Translations under genes and position numbers: made by a program
In this document: piece by piece, positions 10,207 through 19,621 of the stretch
Position numbering within the stretch: the stretch's first letter is position 1
Layout of the letters: the number at the start of each line of letters is the position of its first letter
Notes under the pieces: model-generated
Databases searched by the model: none
The model's input: the letters and a program-made list of their open reading frames with translations, nothing else
What the model was told of the DNA's origin: nothing
Assembly: GCA_965198235.1 (NCBI GenBank)
Contig: OZ240248.1
Span: 1,152,001 to 1,216,000 of the forward strand
DNA length: 64,000 nucleotides
Origin: Candidatus Poribacteria bacterium
Lineage (GTDB): Bacteria > Poribacteria > WGA-4E > WGA-3G
Direction: 5' to 3'

Positions 10207-10978
10207 TCTGCTCCCGATTGCAACGATATGGTGGCGTGAAATCATCAGGTTTTATCGCCAGCGGAGTCGACTCTTCAGTGCTATCGCACAACCGTTAGTA
10301 TTTTGGTTACTCATCGGGAGCGGCTTGAGTGCCTCTTTTCGACCCTCTGGCACGGCGGATGGACCCAGTTATATCGAATACTTTTATCCCGGTATCGTTG
10401 TTTTAGTCTTGCTTTTTACGTCTATTTTTGCTACAATCTCTGTCGTCAATGACCGACGTGAAGGCTTTTTGCAAGGTGTACTCGTGGCTCCCCTGCCAAG
10501 GTGGCAGATTGTACTCGCACAAGCGTTAGGCGGCACTACGTTAGCACTCTTGCAAGGCGTGCTGATGCTGCTACTCGCACCGATAGTGAGTATTCGACTC
10601 GGCGCGGCATCACTTTTTCTCACATTTGGCGTGATGGCACTTTTAGCGTTCGGCTTGACAAATCTCGGACTGCTCATCGCATGGCGAATGGACTCAACGC
10701 AAGGGTTTCATGCGATTATGAATCTCCTGCTGATTCCGATATGGCTGCTCTCTGGCGCGTTTTTTCCGAGTACGGGCGTACCCAGTTGGTTAGAATGGAC
10801 AATGAAATTTAATCCGTTAACGTATGGGCTCGCCGCTTTTCGGCATAGCCTCTACCTTAACACAGGGGCAGCAGTTGGCGAGGGACCTCCGTGGACACTC
10901 TCGATGCTGATTACCGGTCTGTTTTGTGTTTTGACGTATGTAGGGGCAGCGCTCACCGCGTCTGCACAAGCAAATTAG
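10166..10978 (+). CDS. ABC-2 type permease
   Basis: Six TM helices, DRREGFLQGVLVAP, LSGAFFP, NPLTY. Confidence 0.9.
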   Translation: MLNPPQRTARKIKNLLPIATIWWREIIRFYRQRSRLFSAIAQPLVFWLLIGSGLSASFRPSGTADGPSYIEYFYPGIVVLVLLFTSIFATISVVNDRREGFLQGVLVAPLPRWQIVLAQALGGTTLALLQGVLMLLLAPIVSIRLGAASLFLTFGVMALLAFGLTNLGLLIAWRMDSTQGFHAIMNLLLIPIWLLSGAFFPSTGVPSWLEWTMKFNPLTYGLAAFRHSLYLNTGAAVGEGPPWTLSMLITGLFCVLTYVGAALTASAQAN

Positions 10979-11049
10979 ACTTGTTAAGAACAAAAATCTT
11001 ACGCGCTTTCACTTTTCAATAAGCGAGACGCGTTGTTAAGGAGGACTTG

Positions 11050-11715
11050 ATGCTTCAATGGCTTCCAGAGAACGTATCAACGTTCGGGCAAAGCGTTGAT
11101 AACCTCTTTTACGGTATTTACTATCTTACCCTTGTTGTGTTCATCCTTGTGATGGGAACCCTTATCGTTTTCCTGATTAAGTATCGCCATCAGGAAGGGA
11201 AGAGGGCACACTACATTGAGGGTAGCACAACAGTGGAAATTGTCTGGACCGCCGCGACAACGGTAATTGTCTTTGGGCTCGCGATGCTCAGTTACCCGCA
11301 GTGGAATAATATTAAGTCGCCCACACAATTTCCTGAAAATCCAGATGTTGTTGTCCAGGTCAGCGGGAAACAGTTTAACTGGGATATGACCTATCCCGGT
11401 CCCGATAACGAGTTCGGAACAGATGATGACCTGAAATTAGAAAATGAATTGCATGTGCCGATCAACGCGGTCGTGCATATCCGGTTAACCTCCGTGGATG
11501 TCATCCACAGTTTTTTTGTGCCACAGTTGCGACTCAAACAGGATAGCTTGCCCAACCGATTTATCAACGTCTGGTTTGAGGCAATAAAAGCAGGGCGTTA
11601 TGAAATTCCGTGCGCTGAACTGTGTGGATTTGGACACTCCGGAATGCTCGGGTACCTCAATGTGCATACGCAAGCGGACTACGATGCCTGGCTGCAAGAA
11701 AGATGGCCTCAGTAG
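11050..11715 (+). CDS. coxB: Cytochrome c oxidase subunit II
   Basis: DVIHSF and CAELCGFGHSGM CuA motif, two TM helices. Confidence 0.95.
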   Translation: MLQWLPENVSTFGQSVDNLFYGIYYLTLVVFILVMGTLIVFLIKYRHQEGKRAHYIEGSTTVEIVWTAATTVIVFGLAMLSYPQWNNIKSPTQFPENPDVVVQVSGKQFNWDMTYPGPDNEFGTDDDLKLENELHVPINAVVHIRLTSVDVIHSFFVPQLRLKQDSLPNRFINVWFEAIKAGRYEIPCAELCGFGHSGMLGYLNVHTQADYDAWLQERWPQ

Positions 11716-11735
11716 GCTGAAGGAGAAAAATAACG

Positions 11736-13559
11736 ATGCACGATAACGAACATGCGTCACATCATCACGAAGAAAGTTTTATTAGAAAATACATCTTTTC
11801 GCTCGACCACAAGACGATCGGCAAGCAGTTCCTCATCTACGGACTAATCATGTTTTTCCTCGGTGGTGGGCTCGCACTCCTTTTCAGATGGCAACTCGCC
11901 TACCCTGAAAAGCCACTACCTCTTATCGGTGCCTCGCAACAATACCTTGATGAGGGTGAAGTCGTCACCGGTGCTGACAAAATGTGGGAGAAGATTTACG
12001 AATCTGAGCAAGAGGAGTGGCTTGAGGTAAACATGCCCAGCGGGGTCGTTGAACCCGCATTTTACAACATGCTGTTTACGATGCATGCCACCATTATGGT
12101 GTTCTTCGTCGTGGTTCCGATCTTGGTGGGTGCTTTCGGAAATTTCCTGATCCCGTTGATGATCGGTACACGGGATATGGCATTCCCTCTCCTCAATATG
12201 ATCTCCTTTTGGCTCGCAGTCCTCGCCGCAATTATCATGACAGTCGGGTTCTTTGTACCCGGCGGACACGCTGCAGCAGGATGGACAGGCTACGCACCCC
12301 TCTCCGCCGATCCGCAGTGGACAGGTGTTGACTGGGGACAAAACCTCTGGGCGATTAGTCTGCTCATTCAAGGGTTCTCCTCGCTGGTCGGATCTATTAA
12401 CTACATCACCACGATTATCAATATGCGCGCACCGGGGATGACGTTCTTCCGGTTACCCTTGGTCGTCTGGTCGCTTTTTGTCGTCGCTATCCTGTTGCTA
12501 CTCGCTTTCCCCGTGCTGTCGTCTGCGCTCGCGCTTCTCATCTTTGATAGGCTTGCGGGAACGACGTTCTTCAGTGCAACAGCGGAAGGCGGCGGTGACC
12601 CGCTCTTGTGGCAGCATCTCTTCTGGTTCTTCGGACATCCAGAGGTCTATATCCTCATTTTGCCGGGCATGGGTATCGCTTCCGAGTTGATTTCTGTCTT
12701 TTCACGGAAACCGATCTTCGGATACCGCTCCATGGTCTACGCAATCATCGCCATCGCGTTTTTGGGATGGATCGTCTGGGGACACCACATGTTCCAAAGT
12801 GGTATGCAGCCCGGACTCGGCTCTATCTTCATGACGACAACCATGCTTATTGCGGTGCCTTCAGCCATTAAGACATTTAACTGGCTTGGGACGATGTTCC
12901 GGGGGTCAATCCGGTTCACAACGCCGATGCTCCACGGTATCGCTTTCGTCTCAATGTTTGTGATTGGCGGGTTGAGCGGCATCTACATGGCAAATACACC
13001 GGTTGACATCTTCATCCACGATACATACTACATTGTCGCGCATATTCACTACATTGTGTTCGGCGGCAGTCTGTTTGCTATTTTCGGCGGCATCGTCTTC
13101 TGGTTCCCGAAGATGTACGGACGCTATATGAACGATGTTCTCTCCAAAATTCACTTTTGGTTGACGTTCATCGCGTTCAACTGTACCTTCTTCCCGATGC
13201 ATATTCTCGGCGTGGGTGGACACATGCGGCGCATCTCCAACCCGATGCAGTATGAATTCCTACAGGGGTTTGACGGCATGAACATCTTTATCACGATGAG
13301 TGCGTTCACTCTTGGATTCGCGCAGTTGATACTGGTCTTTAACTTCTTCTGGAGCATGTACCGTGGGAAAGTTGCCGAACAGAATCCGTGGCAGGTAAAC
13401 ACCTTGGAGTGGGAGGCACCTACACCCGTGCCACACGGTAATTTCGATCAAATTCCGACTGTCTACCGTGGTCCCTACGAATATAGTGTTCCCGGTGAAG
13501 AGAATGATTGGACCCCGCAGGCACAACCTGAACACGCGCCCGCGACAGGCGGTGACTAA
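11736..13559 (+). CDS. coxA: Cytochrome c oxidase subunit I, A1 type
   Basis: DHKTIG, WFFGHPEVY, VWGHHMF, AHIHY. Confidence 0.97.
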   Translation: MHDNEHASHHHEESFIRKYIFSLDHKTIGKQFLIYGLIMFFLGGGLALLFRWQLAYPEKPLPLIGASQQYLDEGEVVTGADKMWEKIYESEQEEWLEVNMPSGVVEPAFYNMLFTMHATIMVFFVVVPILVGAFGNFLIPLMIGTRDMAFPLLNMISFWLAVLAAIIMTVGFFVPGGHAAAGWTGYAPLSADPQWTGVDWGQNLWAISLLIQGFSSLVGSINYITTIINMRAPGMTFFRLPLVVWSLFVVAILLLLAFPVLSSALALLIFDRLAGTTFFSATAEGGGDPLLWQHLFWFFGHPEVYILILPGMGIASELISVFSRKPIFGYRSMVYAIIAIAFLGWIVWGHHMFQSGMQPGLGSIFMTTTMLIAVPSAIKTFNWLGTMFRGSIRFTTPMLHGIAFVSMFVIGGLSGIYMANTPVDIFIHDTYYIVAHIHYIVFGGSLFAIFGGIVFWFPKMYGRYMNDVLSKIHFWLTFIAFNCTFFPMHILGVGGHMRRISNPMQYEFLQGFDGMNIFITMSAFTLGFAQLILVFNFFWSMYRGKVAEQNPWQVNTLEWEAPTPVPHGNFDQIPTVYRGPYEYSVPGEENDWTPQAQPEHAPATGGD

Positions 13560-13593
13560 CGGAGCGATGGATGGAAGGATGCGCCTTTCCTTT

Positions 13594-13673
13594 ATCATCT
13601 TGTAGGAGGGGTTTGTAACCCCGATGTCATCATCATCTTGTAGGAGGGGTTTGTAACCCCGATGTCATCATCT
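13594..13673 (+). repeat. Tandem 38-bp duplication of a GTAG-type REP hairpin
   Basis: ATCATCTTGTAGGAGGGGTTTGTAACCCCGATGTCATC occurs twice in tandem. Confidence 0.9.
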
Positions 13674-13715
13674 CCTCCTATCTTCCATTCTTTTTGTATT
13701 TCGTGGAAACTTGGC

Positions 13716-14714
13716 ATGAAGCAACACGTGAGTTATAACCCATGGCTACACAGAACGGCACGCCTCACCGCAGGCGCGACTTTCTTATTGATTGTCATTG
13801 GTGGAATTGTCACAAGTACCGAGTCCGGGTTGGCTGTTCCTGATTGGCCAACAACCTTTGGATACAATATGTTTCTCTATCCACTCTCGGAAATGGTAGG
13901 AGGCATCCTATACGAGCATAGTCATCGGCTCATGGGCTCTCTCGTTGGACTTTTGACAGTCGGTCTCTTTATTTTCCTTTTGGCGAGAGATTCCCGCAAA
14001 TGGCTGAAATGGCTTGGGTTCGCTGCTTTGGTCGCTGTTATTGTCCAAGGCGTTCTCGGTGGACTTCGGGTTACACAGATTAATCGCAACTTCGCGATAG
14101 TGCATGCGTGCCTCGCACAAGCGTTCTTTGCCCTGCTTTGTGGAATTGCTTGGTTCACCTCTCGCGATTGGCGGCAAGGCTTTTTTACAGCAAGTTTTGG
14201 CTTGCAAGCTACGCCAAAAAGTGAACCCGCAATCGCGGCAGCACAGAAACTACGGCGGTTAAGCCTGATTACGACATGCCTTATCTATGTGCAGCTCATC
14301 TTTGGCGCAATCCTGCGGCATACCGGAAGCAGACTTGACGCACATCTTCTCTTTGCCTTCCTTGTCGCGCTGCATATCTTTTTGTTGGTGAGACGTGTTC
14401 TTGGAACGAACCGTGACGCACAAAGAATTGGACAATCGATGCCTATGTTATTGTTGGGCTTGCTTGCTATTCAGTTGATGCTCGGCACTGGGGCGTTTTT
14501 CGCGAAGCTTACCGCCCTCGGAGAAACATTCGCAACCGCACTCACAGTCGCAATCACTACGGCGCATGTCGCAGTCGGTGCCTTCATGTTAGTGAGCAGT
14601 TTTGTGCTTACCCTGAAAATCTATCGGGTCACTGATGCATCGGTAGTTGTCGGTGCACCCGCAGGTGATGCCGGCACCTTCCCAGTAACGGGTGGGACCC
14701 GGGTTACAGAGTGA
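13716..14714 (+). CDS. ctaA: Heme A synthase (COX15/CtaA)
   Basis: SGLAVPDWP, EHSHR, QGVLGGLRV, conserved His residues. Confidence 0.9.
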   Translation: MKQHVSYNPWLHRTARLTAGATFLLIVIGGIVTSTESGLAVPDWPTTFGYNMFLYPLSEMVGGILYEHSHRLMGSLVGLLTVGLFIFLLARDSRKWLKWLGFAALVAVIVQGVLGGLRVTQINRNFAIVHACLAQAFFALLCGIAWFTSRDWRQGFFTASFGLQATPKSEPAIAAAQKLRRLSLITTCLIYVQLIFGAILRHTGSRLDAHLLFAFLVALHIFLLVRRVLGTNRDAQRIGQSMPMLLLGLLAIQLMLGTGAFFAKLTALGETFATALTVAITTAHVAVGAFMLVSSFVLTLKIYRVTDASVVVGAPAGDAGTFPVTGGTRVTE

Positions 14715-14860
14715 GACAAACATAATGCGTTCAACAACGATAGCGTTACCAGGTAATACAGAATCTGTAAGACATCTTTCGTAACCCAGACCCAGTTGAC
14801 TTAATCGGAAACCACCGTGAAACATAGTGGAACGGTGACCAGATTTAATAGTTTAAAAAG

Positions 14861-15787
14861 ATGCGTTCAACAACGATAACGTTACCAGACAATACAGACA
14901 CAGCGAATCCACCGTCGAAGCAGACGGTTTTCGCGCATCGCGCCGCTGATTTTGTCGAACTCGTCAAACCGAGGTTGGTGGTGATGATACTCATTACGAC
15001 CGCCGCCGGTTTCTATCTCGGCGCACAGCAGACCGTAGATTGGCTCAGATGCCTACATACAGTCTTGGGCGCAGGATTAACCGCTGCAGGTGTCTTAGGG
15101 CTCAACCAATACCTTGAGCGCGATGTAGACGCACAGATGAAACGGACGCAGGAGAGACCGCTCCCTGGGGGTAGAATGAATCCACTGACGGCACTTCTTG
15201 TCGGTGCTGCCCTCACAGGCAGTGGAATGCTTTACCTGACGTTTATCGTCAATATGCTGAGTGGTTTTGTCATTTCGCTGATAGTCGTGAGTTATCTCTT
15301 TCTCTATACACCGCTGAAGCGGAAAACCTCACTGTGTACGCTGATCGGTGCAGTGCCGGGTGCGCTCCCGCCTGTCGTCGGATGGGTCGCAGCACGAGGC
15401 GCGCTAACAGGCGAGGCGTGGGTGTTATTTACAATACTCTTTTTGTGGCAGATCCCACACTCTCTTGCAATAGCCTACATCTATCGCGAAGACTACGCAA
15501 ATGCAGGATTCCGTTTGTTGCCGGTCATTCATCCCGATGGGACAAGTACGTGTCGGCAAATAGTGGTTAATTGCGTCGCACTCCTCGGAATAGGCTTGTT
15601 ACCCACGTTGTACAACATTGCGGGTAGCGTCTATTTCTTCACAGCACTGCTGTCAGGCGTGGCGTTTCTGGCAGTCGGTATCTATTTAGCGCGTACACGC
15701 TCCGTGAGAGCCGCACGCTATCTGTTGTATGCATCGCTTCTCTATCTACCGTTGGTATTTGTCACGATGGCGTTGGATAAAATTTAG
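14861..15787 (+). CDS. ctaB: Protoheme IX farnesyltransferase (heme O synthase)
   Basis: LVKPR, ERDVDAQMKRTQERPLPGG, YTPLKRKT, WQIPH. Confidence 0.95.
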   Translation: MRSTTITLPDNTDTANPPSKQTVFAHRAADFVELVKPRLVVMILITTAAGFYLGAQQTVDWLRCLHTVLGAGLTAAGVLGLNQYLERDVDAQMKRTQERPLPGGRMNPLTALLVGAALTGSGMLYLTFIVNMLSGFVISLIVVSYLFLYTPLKRKTSLCTLIGAVPGALPPVVGWVAARGALTGEAWVLFTILFLWQIPHSLAIAYIYREDYANAGFRLLPVIHPDGTSTCRQIVVNCVALLGIGLLPTLYNIAGSVYFFTALLSGVAFLAVGIYLARTRSVRAARYLLYASLLYLPLVFVTMALDKI

Positions 15788-15805
15788 GTTAACGAGGAAG
15801 TAAAA

Positions 15806-15967
15806 ATGACGTTGGCTCAAACCTTATTCTCTTTCAACGGTCGGATTAATCGGGCAAAATACTGGACAATACATCTGCTGATATTAGCGGCGTTTTTTGA
15901 ATTAGGCTTTCGCAAAGGAACAGATGGGCCAAATCATTTTGGGGCAGACCCGTTGGAGGATTCATGA
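15806..15967 (+). CDS. 53-aa DUF805-like mini-protein, apparently internally deleted
   Basis: Own translation MTLAQTLFSFNGRINRAKYW...ELGFRKGTDGPNHFGADPLEDS; GAGGA RBS; ATGA overlap with the next gene. Confidence 0.65.
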   Translation: MTLAQTLFSFNGRINRAKYWTIHLLILAAFFELGFRKGTDGPNHFGADPLEDS

Positions 15968-16206
15968 ACTCGCCAGAGCATCGCAAGCGAAATCGTCACC
16001 TTGGACTCATTTTATGTCTACTGTTTGCAGGATTGTTTGTCATCGTAACGACTGCAATTATTACGGGCAGCAAAGCACCTCAATCTGTTGAAAGTGTCGT
16101 CAAGGGTCTGGTTGTCCCTGTTTTGGGTGTCATCGGGTTGCTACTGATTATCGCGGCGGTCGTTGAGGTTGTTCTTCGGATTTTAAAAAATAGAGCGCGT
16201 GAATGA
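15964..16206 (+). CDS. Small two-TM hypothetical protein of the cox cluster
   Basis: GGAGG RBS, ATGA overlaps at both ends. Confidence 0.7.
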   Translation: MNSPEHRKRNRHLGLILCLLFAGLFVIVTTAIITGSKAPQSVESVVKGLVVPVLGVIGLLLIIAAVVEVVLRILKNRARE

Positions 16207-16784
16207 TGGCACAAATACACGAGCGTCCGCCCTTGAGCAACGCACGATTGGGGATATTAGTCCTGCTCGGTGCAGAGACGATGCTGTTTTCGGGCCTTAT
16301 CGGTACATTTCTCGTCTTTCGAGTGGGGAACGTCACATGGCCCCCGCCGTCGCATATCGGGATTGAACTGCCACGTGCGGTAACCGGCATCAATACTGCT
16401 CTGCTCTTATTGAGCGGTTACACGATGTTTCAGGCACGCCGCGCAATTCAGAAAAACCGGGTGAAGCAGCTCCGCACTTGGCTACTTCTCACCGGAGGGC
16501 TTGGCTTACTCTTCCTCGGCGTACAGGGAAGCGAGTGGGTACAACTGATTCGCAACGGGCTCACGCTCCAATCTGGGGTATATGGCGGTATCTTTTATGT
16601 ACTCATCGGATGCCATGCCGTTCACGTGTTCAGTGCTGTTATCTGGTTGTTTATAGTTTTTGGAATGGCGATGGCAGGACGTTTCTCTGCCGAACGTTAC
16701 GTCGGCGTAGATACCTGTACTATCTACTGGATTTTTGTCGTCGCACTTTGGCCAATTCTGTATGTGTTGGTATATCTCTTGTAG
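16203..16784 (+). CDS. Cytochrome c oxidase subunit III family, copy 1
   Basis: AETMLF, NTALLLLS, GCHAVHV, YWIFV. Confidence 0.9.
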   Translation: MMAQIHERPPLSNARLGILVLLGAETMLFSGLIGTFLVFRVGNVTWPPPSHIGIELPRAVTGINTALLLLSGYTMFQARRAIQKNRVKQLRTWLLLTGGLGLLFLGVQGSEWVQLIRNGLTLQSGVYGGIFYVLIGCHAVHVFSAVIWLFIVFGMAMAGRFSAERYVGVDTCTIYWIFVVALWPILYVLVYLL

Positions 16785-16807
16785 ACATCGTGGAGGAAAT
16801 CATAAAA

Positions 16808-17044
16808 ATGCAAGGGTTTTTTGTATGGGCTTCCATCTTGATACTCGTCATGCTTATAGTCCCGATGTCCCTTGAGGCATGTCCAGGCTGTAAAGAACTT
16901 GATGATCCTATCAATAAGGGTTTTAATTGGAGTATCCTTTTTCTGATGGCGATGCCGTTTACGGTTTTCGGTCTCATCGGTGGCACAGTTTATTTACATT
17001 ACCGACGTGCAAACAGGAAACCGACGGATCAAGAAACCATCTAA
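16808..17044 (+). CDS. Small CxxC membrane protein (78 aa)
   Basis: GGAGG RBS, signal-like helix, ACPGC, second TM helix. Confidence 0.7.
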   Translation: MQGFFVWASILILVMLIVPMSLEACPGCKELDDPINKGFNWSILFLMAMPFTVFGLIGGTVYLHYRRANRKPTDQETI

Positions 17045-17148
17045 TCAAGATAGTTGTTAGTTATCAGGACACACTTAAAACTGGATTCTGATAATTCCAA
17101 ATCCTTCTTTAACTGATAACCGATAGCTAATATAAGGAGTTAAATGTA

Positions 17149-17799
17149 GTGGAACACGCTACCACTTTAGATCATACTGAAGATATATATGAACCTTCGC
17201 TTACGCCGGATAGCCTTGGCAAACTCGGCATGTGGATTTTCCTCGCTGGAGACACCATGTCGTTTGGCGCACTGCTGGCGACTTATGCCGCGATCCGTGT
17301 GGGTGCAGGCGCAGTCGGATGGGCCCCGCCAAGCGAGGTTCTCGGCATTAACCTAACCGCATTTATGACATTCCTGCTGATATGCAGTAGTGTCACTATG
17401 GTGAAAGCGTTGGAGTCGATTCAGAACGGCAATGTCTCACGCATGTGCATGTTCCTTGGGTTGACGATCGGGGGAGGAGTCATCTTCCTTGGGCTACAGG
17501 CTTATGAATGGTATCATCTAATCCATCACGGATTGACGCTTACTGGTATCCCTGACCACGGGTTGTCAGGTGCAGCGATTAGCGGCTCGAACCTTTTTGG
17601 TCCCACTTTCTACGCCATCACAGGTTTCCACGGAATGCACGTGACCGGGGGTGTCATTTATCTCTTGGTTATCTTGATACACGGCTTACGCGGCAGATAT
17701 ACAGCTGAGTTTAACCATGAGGTAGAGATCGTCGGGCTCTATTGGCACTTCGTCGATCTTATTTGGATTATGGTCTTCACCTTCATCTATCTAATATAG
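17149..17799 (+). CDS. Cytochrome c oxidase subunit III family, copy 2
   Basis: KLGMWIFL, TGFHGMHV, GLYWHFVDLIW. Confidence 0.92.
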   Translation: MEHATTLDHTEDIYEPSLTPDSLGKLGMWIFLAGDTMSFGALLATYAAIRVGAGAVGWAPPSEVLGINLTAFMTFLLICSSVTMVKALESIQNGNVSRMCMFLGLTIGGGVIFLGLQAYEWYHLIHHGLTLTGIPDHGLSGAAISGSNLFGPTFYAITGFHGMHVTGGVIYLLVILIHGLRGRYTAEFNHEVEIVGLYWHFVDLIWIMVFTFIYLI

Positions 17800-17811
17800 G
17801 AGGACAGGAAA

Positions 17812-18147
17812 ATGGCACAGGACGGACACAAAGAGCATCCGAAATACATGAATATTTTCTGGTGGCTCCTTGCACTCACCATTATTGAGATTGCTGTAGC
17901 AATCCCTGATTACGTTGCTATACTCAAAGGCATACTACTCATCGGACTCGCATGTTCTAAAGCACTCTTAGTTGCTAATTATTTCATGCATCTGAAGTTT
18001 GAAAAGAGGACGTTGGCGATTATCGTGGTAACGCCTTTCTTTATCTGCGTTCTACTCGTTTTCGCGTTGATGCCCGACCTCACATCAGATGCACGGCACG
18101 GGGAAATAGAGAAACCGGCGGAAGTTGTGGATACGTCATCTCACTAA
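17812..18147 (+). CDS. Cytochrome c oxidase subunit IV family
   Basis: KALLVANYFMHLKFE motif, three TM helices. Confidence 0.9.
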   Translation: MAQDGHKEHPKYMNIFWWLLALTIIEIAVAIPDYVAILKGILLIGLACSKALLVANYFMHLKFEKRTLAIIVVTPFFICVLLVFALMPDLTSDARHGEIEKPAEVVDTSSH

Positions 18148-18155
18148 CTACTGGT

Positions 18156-18598
18156 TGGTGCTGGATGTGGAAACACCATAGGTATCAGTTTAGGAACGAT
18201 CTTCATCGTAGTGCTTTATCCAGTTTCAAATTGAAGGTAAACCTGGTTCGTAGTAGCGCAATTCATTGCGCATTCGGGACGTGCGATAAATCGCACGACT
18301 ACGAATTTACCCTAAAATTCAAAATGGATAGAACAGTAGGTTGGGTTGAACGGACTGGAGCGAAACGTTCGCATCTCAAAAAACGGTGTTTGAACTATAC
18401 ACCTACGATTGCAGAGATGCCGAGTGAAACCCAACACGCTACTAAAGACGTTGGACACACAGAGAGCCTAAAATCCGCGAAATCTGATAAATCCGCGAGA
18501 ATCCGCGATTCAGACAATACGGACATAACAACACTTCAAGAAGAACACGTTCATCGGCTTCTTAAATTTGACGCTTATGGTGCTGGGTATGGAAACAC
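18156..18598. repeat. Stack of nested miniature repeats flanked by a 21-nt direct repeat
   Basis: Inverted REP pair 18246-18305, GTAGGTTGGGTT...AAACCCAAC REP, AAATCCGCG repeats; flanks TGGTGCTGG(A/G)T(G/A)TGGAAACAC. Confidence 0.75.
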
Positions 18599-19227
18599 AA
18601 ACTGCCAATACCAATAAAGTTAAACGGCGACTTGACAAAAGCACCCTGATCTGGGTAGTGCTGGGTGTTATTATTATCGGCATCGCGGGGATTAACCTAT
18701 GGTCGGTATTTGATACCAAACCGGAGATGCCAGTCTCTAAAAGTACCGCTGTCGGCGTGCCGGACTTTAGCCTGACGACGCAGCAGGGAGAGCCGCTAAC
18801 ATTGTCCGACATGAAGGGCAAAATTTGGGTCGCAGACTTTATCTTCACCAATTGCCCAACCATTTGTCCGGCAATGACACAGGAGATGGCACGTCTTCAA
18901 TCCGAATTTGTTGCGGATCCGGTCTATTTCGTCTCCTTCTCCGTGGACCCGGAACGAGATACATCAAAGGTCCTTTCGCGCTACGCAACGGCTTATGGTG
19001 CTGACGATAGACGTTGGCACTTTCTTACTGGGGACAAGGCGCATATCTATCAGTTAGCCGAAGACGGGTTCAGTTTAGCCGCGGGACACAACGGCACCGA
19101 AATACTTCATAGCACGCGGTTCGTTCTCATCACGCCGGATGGGAACATCTATGGCTACTACGATAGTCGAAGCAAACCGGCGCTGCTGCGTCTACGGCGG
19201 GATGTCAAGGCACTCCTCGAAAAATGA
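18589..19227 (+). CDS. SCO family copper chaperone
   Basis: FIFTNCPTICP, SVDPERD, ILHS. Confidence 0.92.
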   Translation: METQTANTNKVKRRLDKSTLIWVVLGVIIIGIAGINLWSVFDTKPEMPVSKSTAVGVPDFSLTTQQGEPLTLSDMKGKIWVADFIFTNCPTICPAMTQEMARLQSEFVADPVYFVSFSVDPERDTSKVLSRYATAYGADDRRWHFLTGDKAHIYQLAEDGFSLAAGHNGTEILHSTRFVLITPDGNIYGYYDSRSKPALLRLRRDVKALLEK

Positions 19228-19493
19228 AAGATGTGAACCTCTTAATCTCCCTCGCGGCTTTTGTGATTCATTTCACGTTCGGATTTTTCCGTGGCGGGTT
19301 TAAGAGATTCAGCCGTCCGTGGAGTAGATGTCTCTACATTCCGATCGTTATTAACATCGTTGTGCGGCGTTTTGTTCTCCACTGGGACTGGCAAACCGCG
19401 ATGGTTTACCTATGGCCCGCAACGTTGATCGCCCATGTCCTCGGTGGTTTTCTGGGGGCGCGTTACAGAAAAGATGAACAGGATGAGCTGTAG
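19224..19493 (+). CDS. Small membrane hypothetical protein
   Basis: ATGA overlap with SCO gene, three hydrophobic segments. Confidence 0.65.
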   Translation: MKDVNLLISLAAFVIHFTFGFFRGGFKRFSRPWSRCLYIPIVINIVVRRFVLHWDWQTAMVYLWPATLIAHVLGGFLGARYRKDEQDEL

Positions 19494-19532
19494 AGATATG
19501 GGCTGGCTCCCCTAACCCGAAAGACCGAAACC

Positions 19533-19621
19533 ATAGCCCGTAACGTAGTGGAGGGCGACTCTTGGGGAAGGCGCGTGGAATACGAAACCTACGTTGTTCT
19601 CCCGCAAGGAAAATTAAAAAA
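19533..19621 (+). repeat. Family A start-site element
   Basis: AGCCCGTAACGTAGTGGAGGGCG...CCGCAAGGAAAATTAAAAAA directly before ATG 19622. Confidence 0.8.

Noticed and set aside
18165-18617. 150-aa ORF between subunit IV and SCO
   Set aside because: Made almost entirely of nested repeats, no RBS, no recognisable domain
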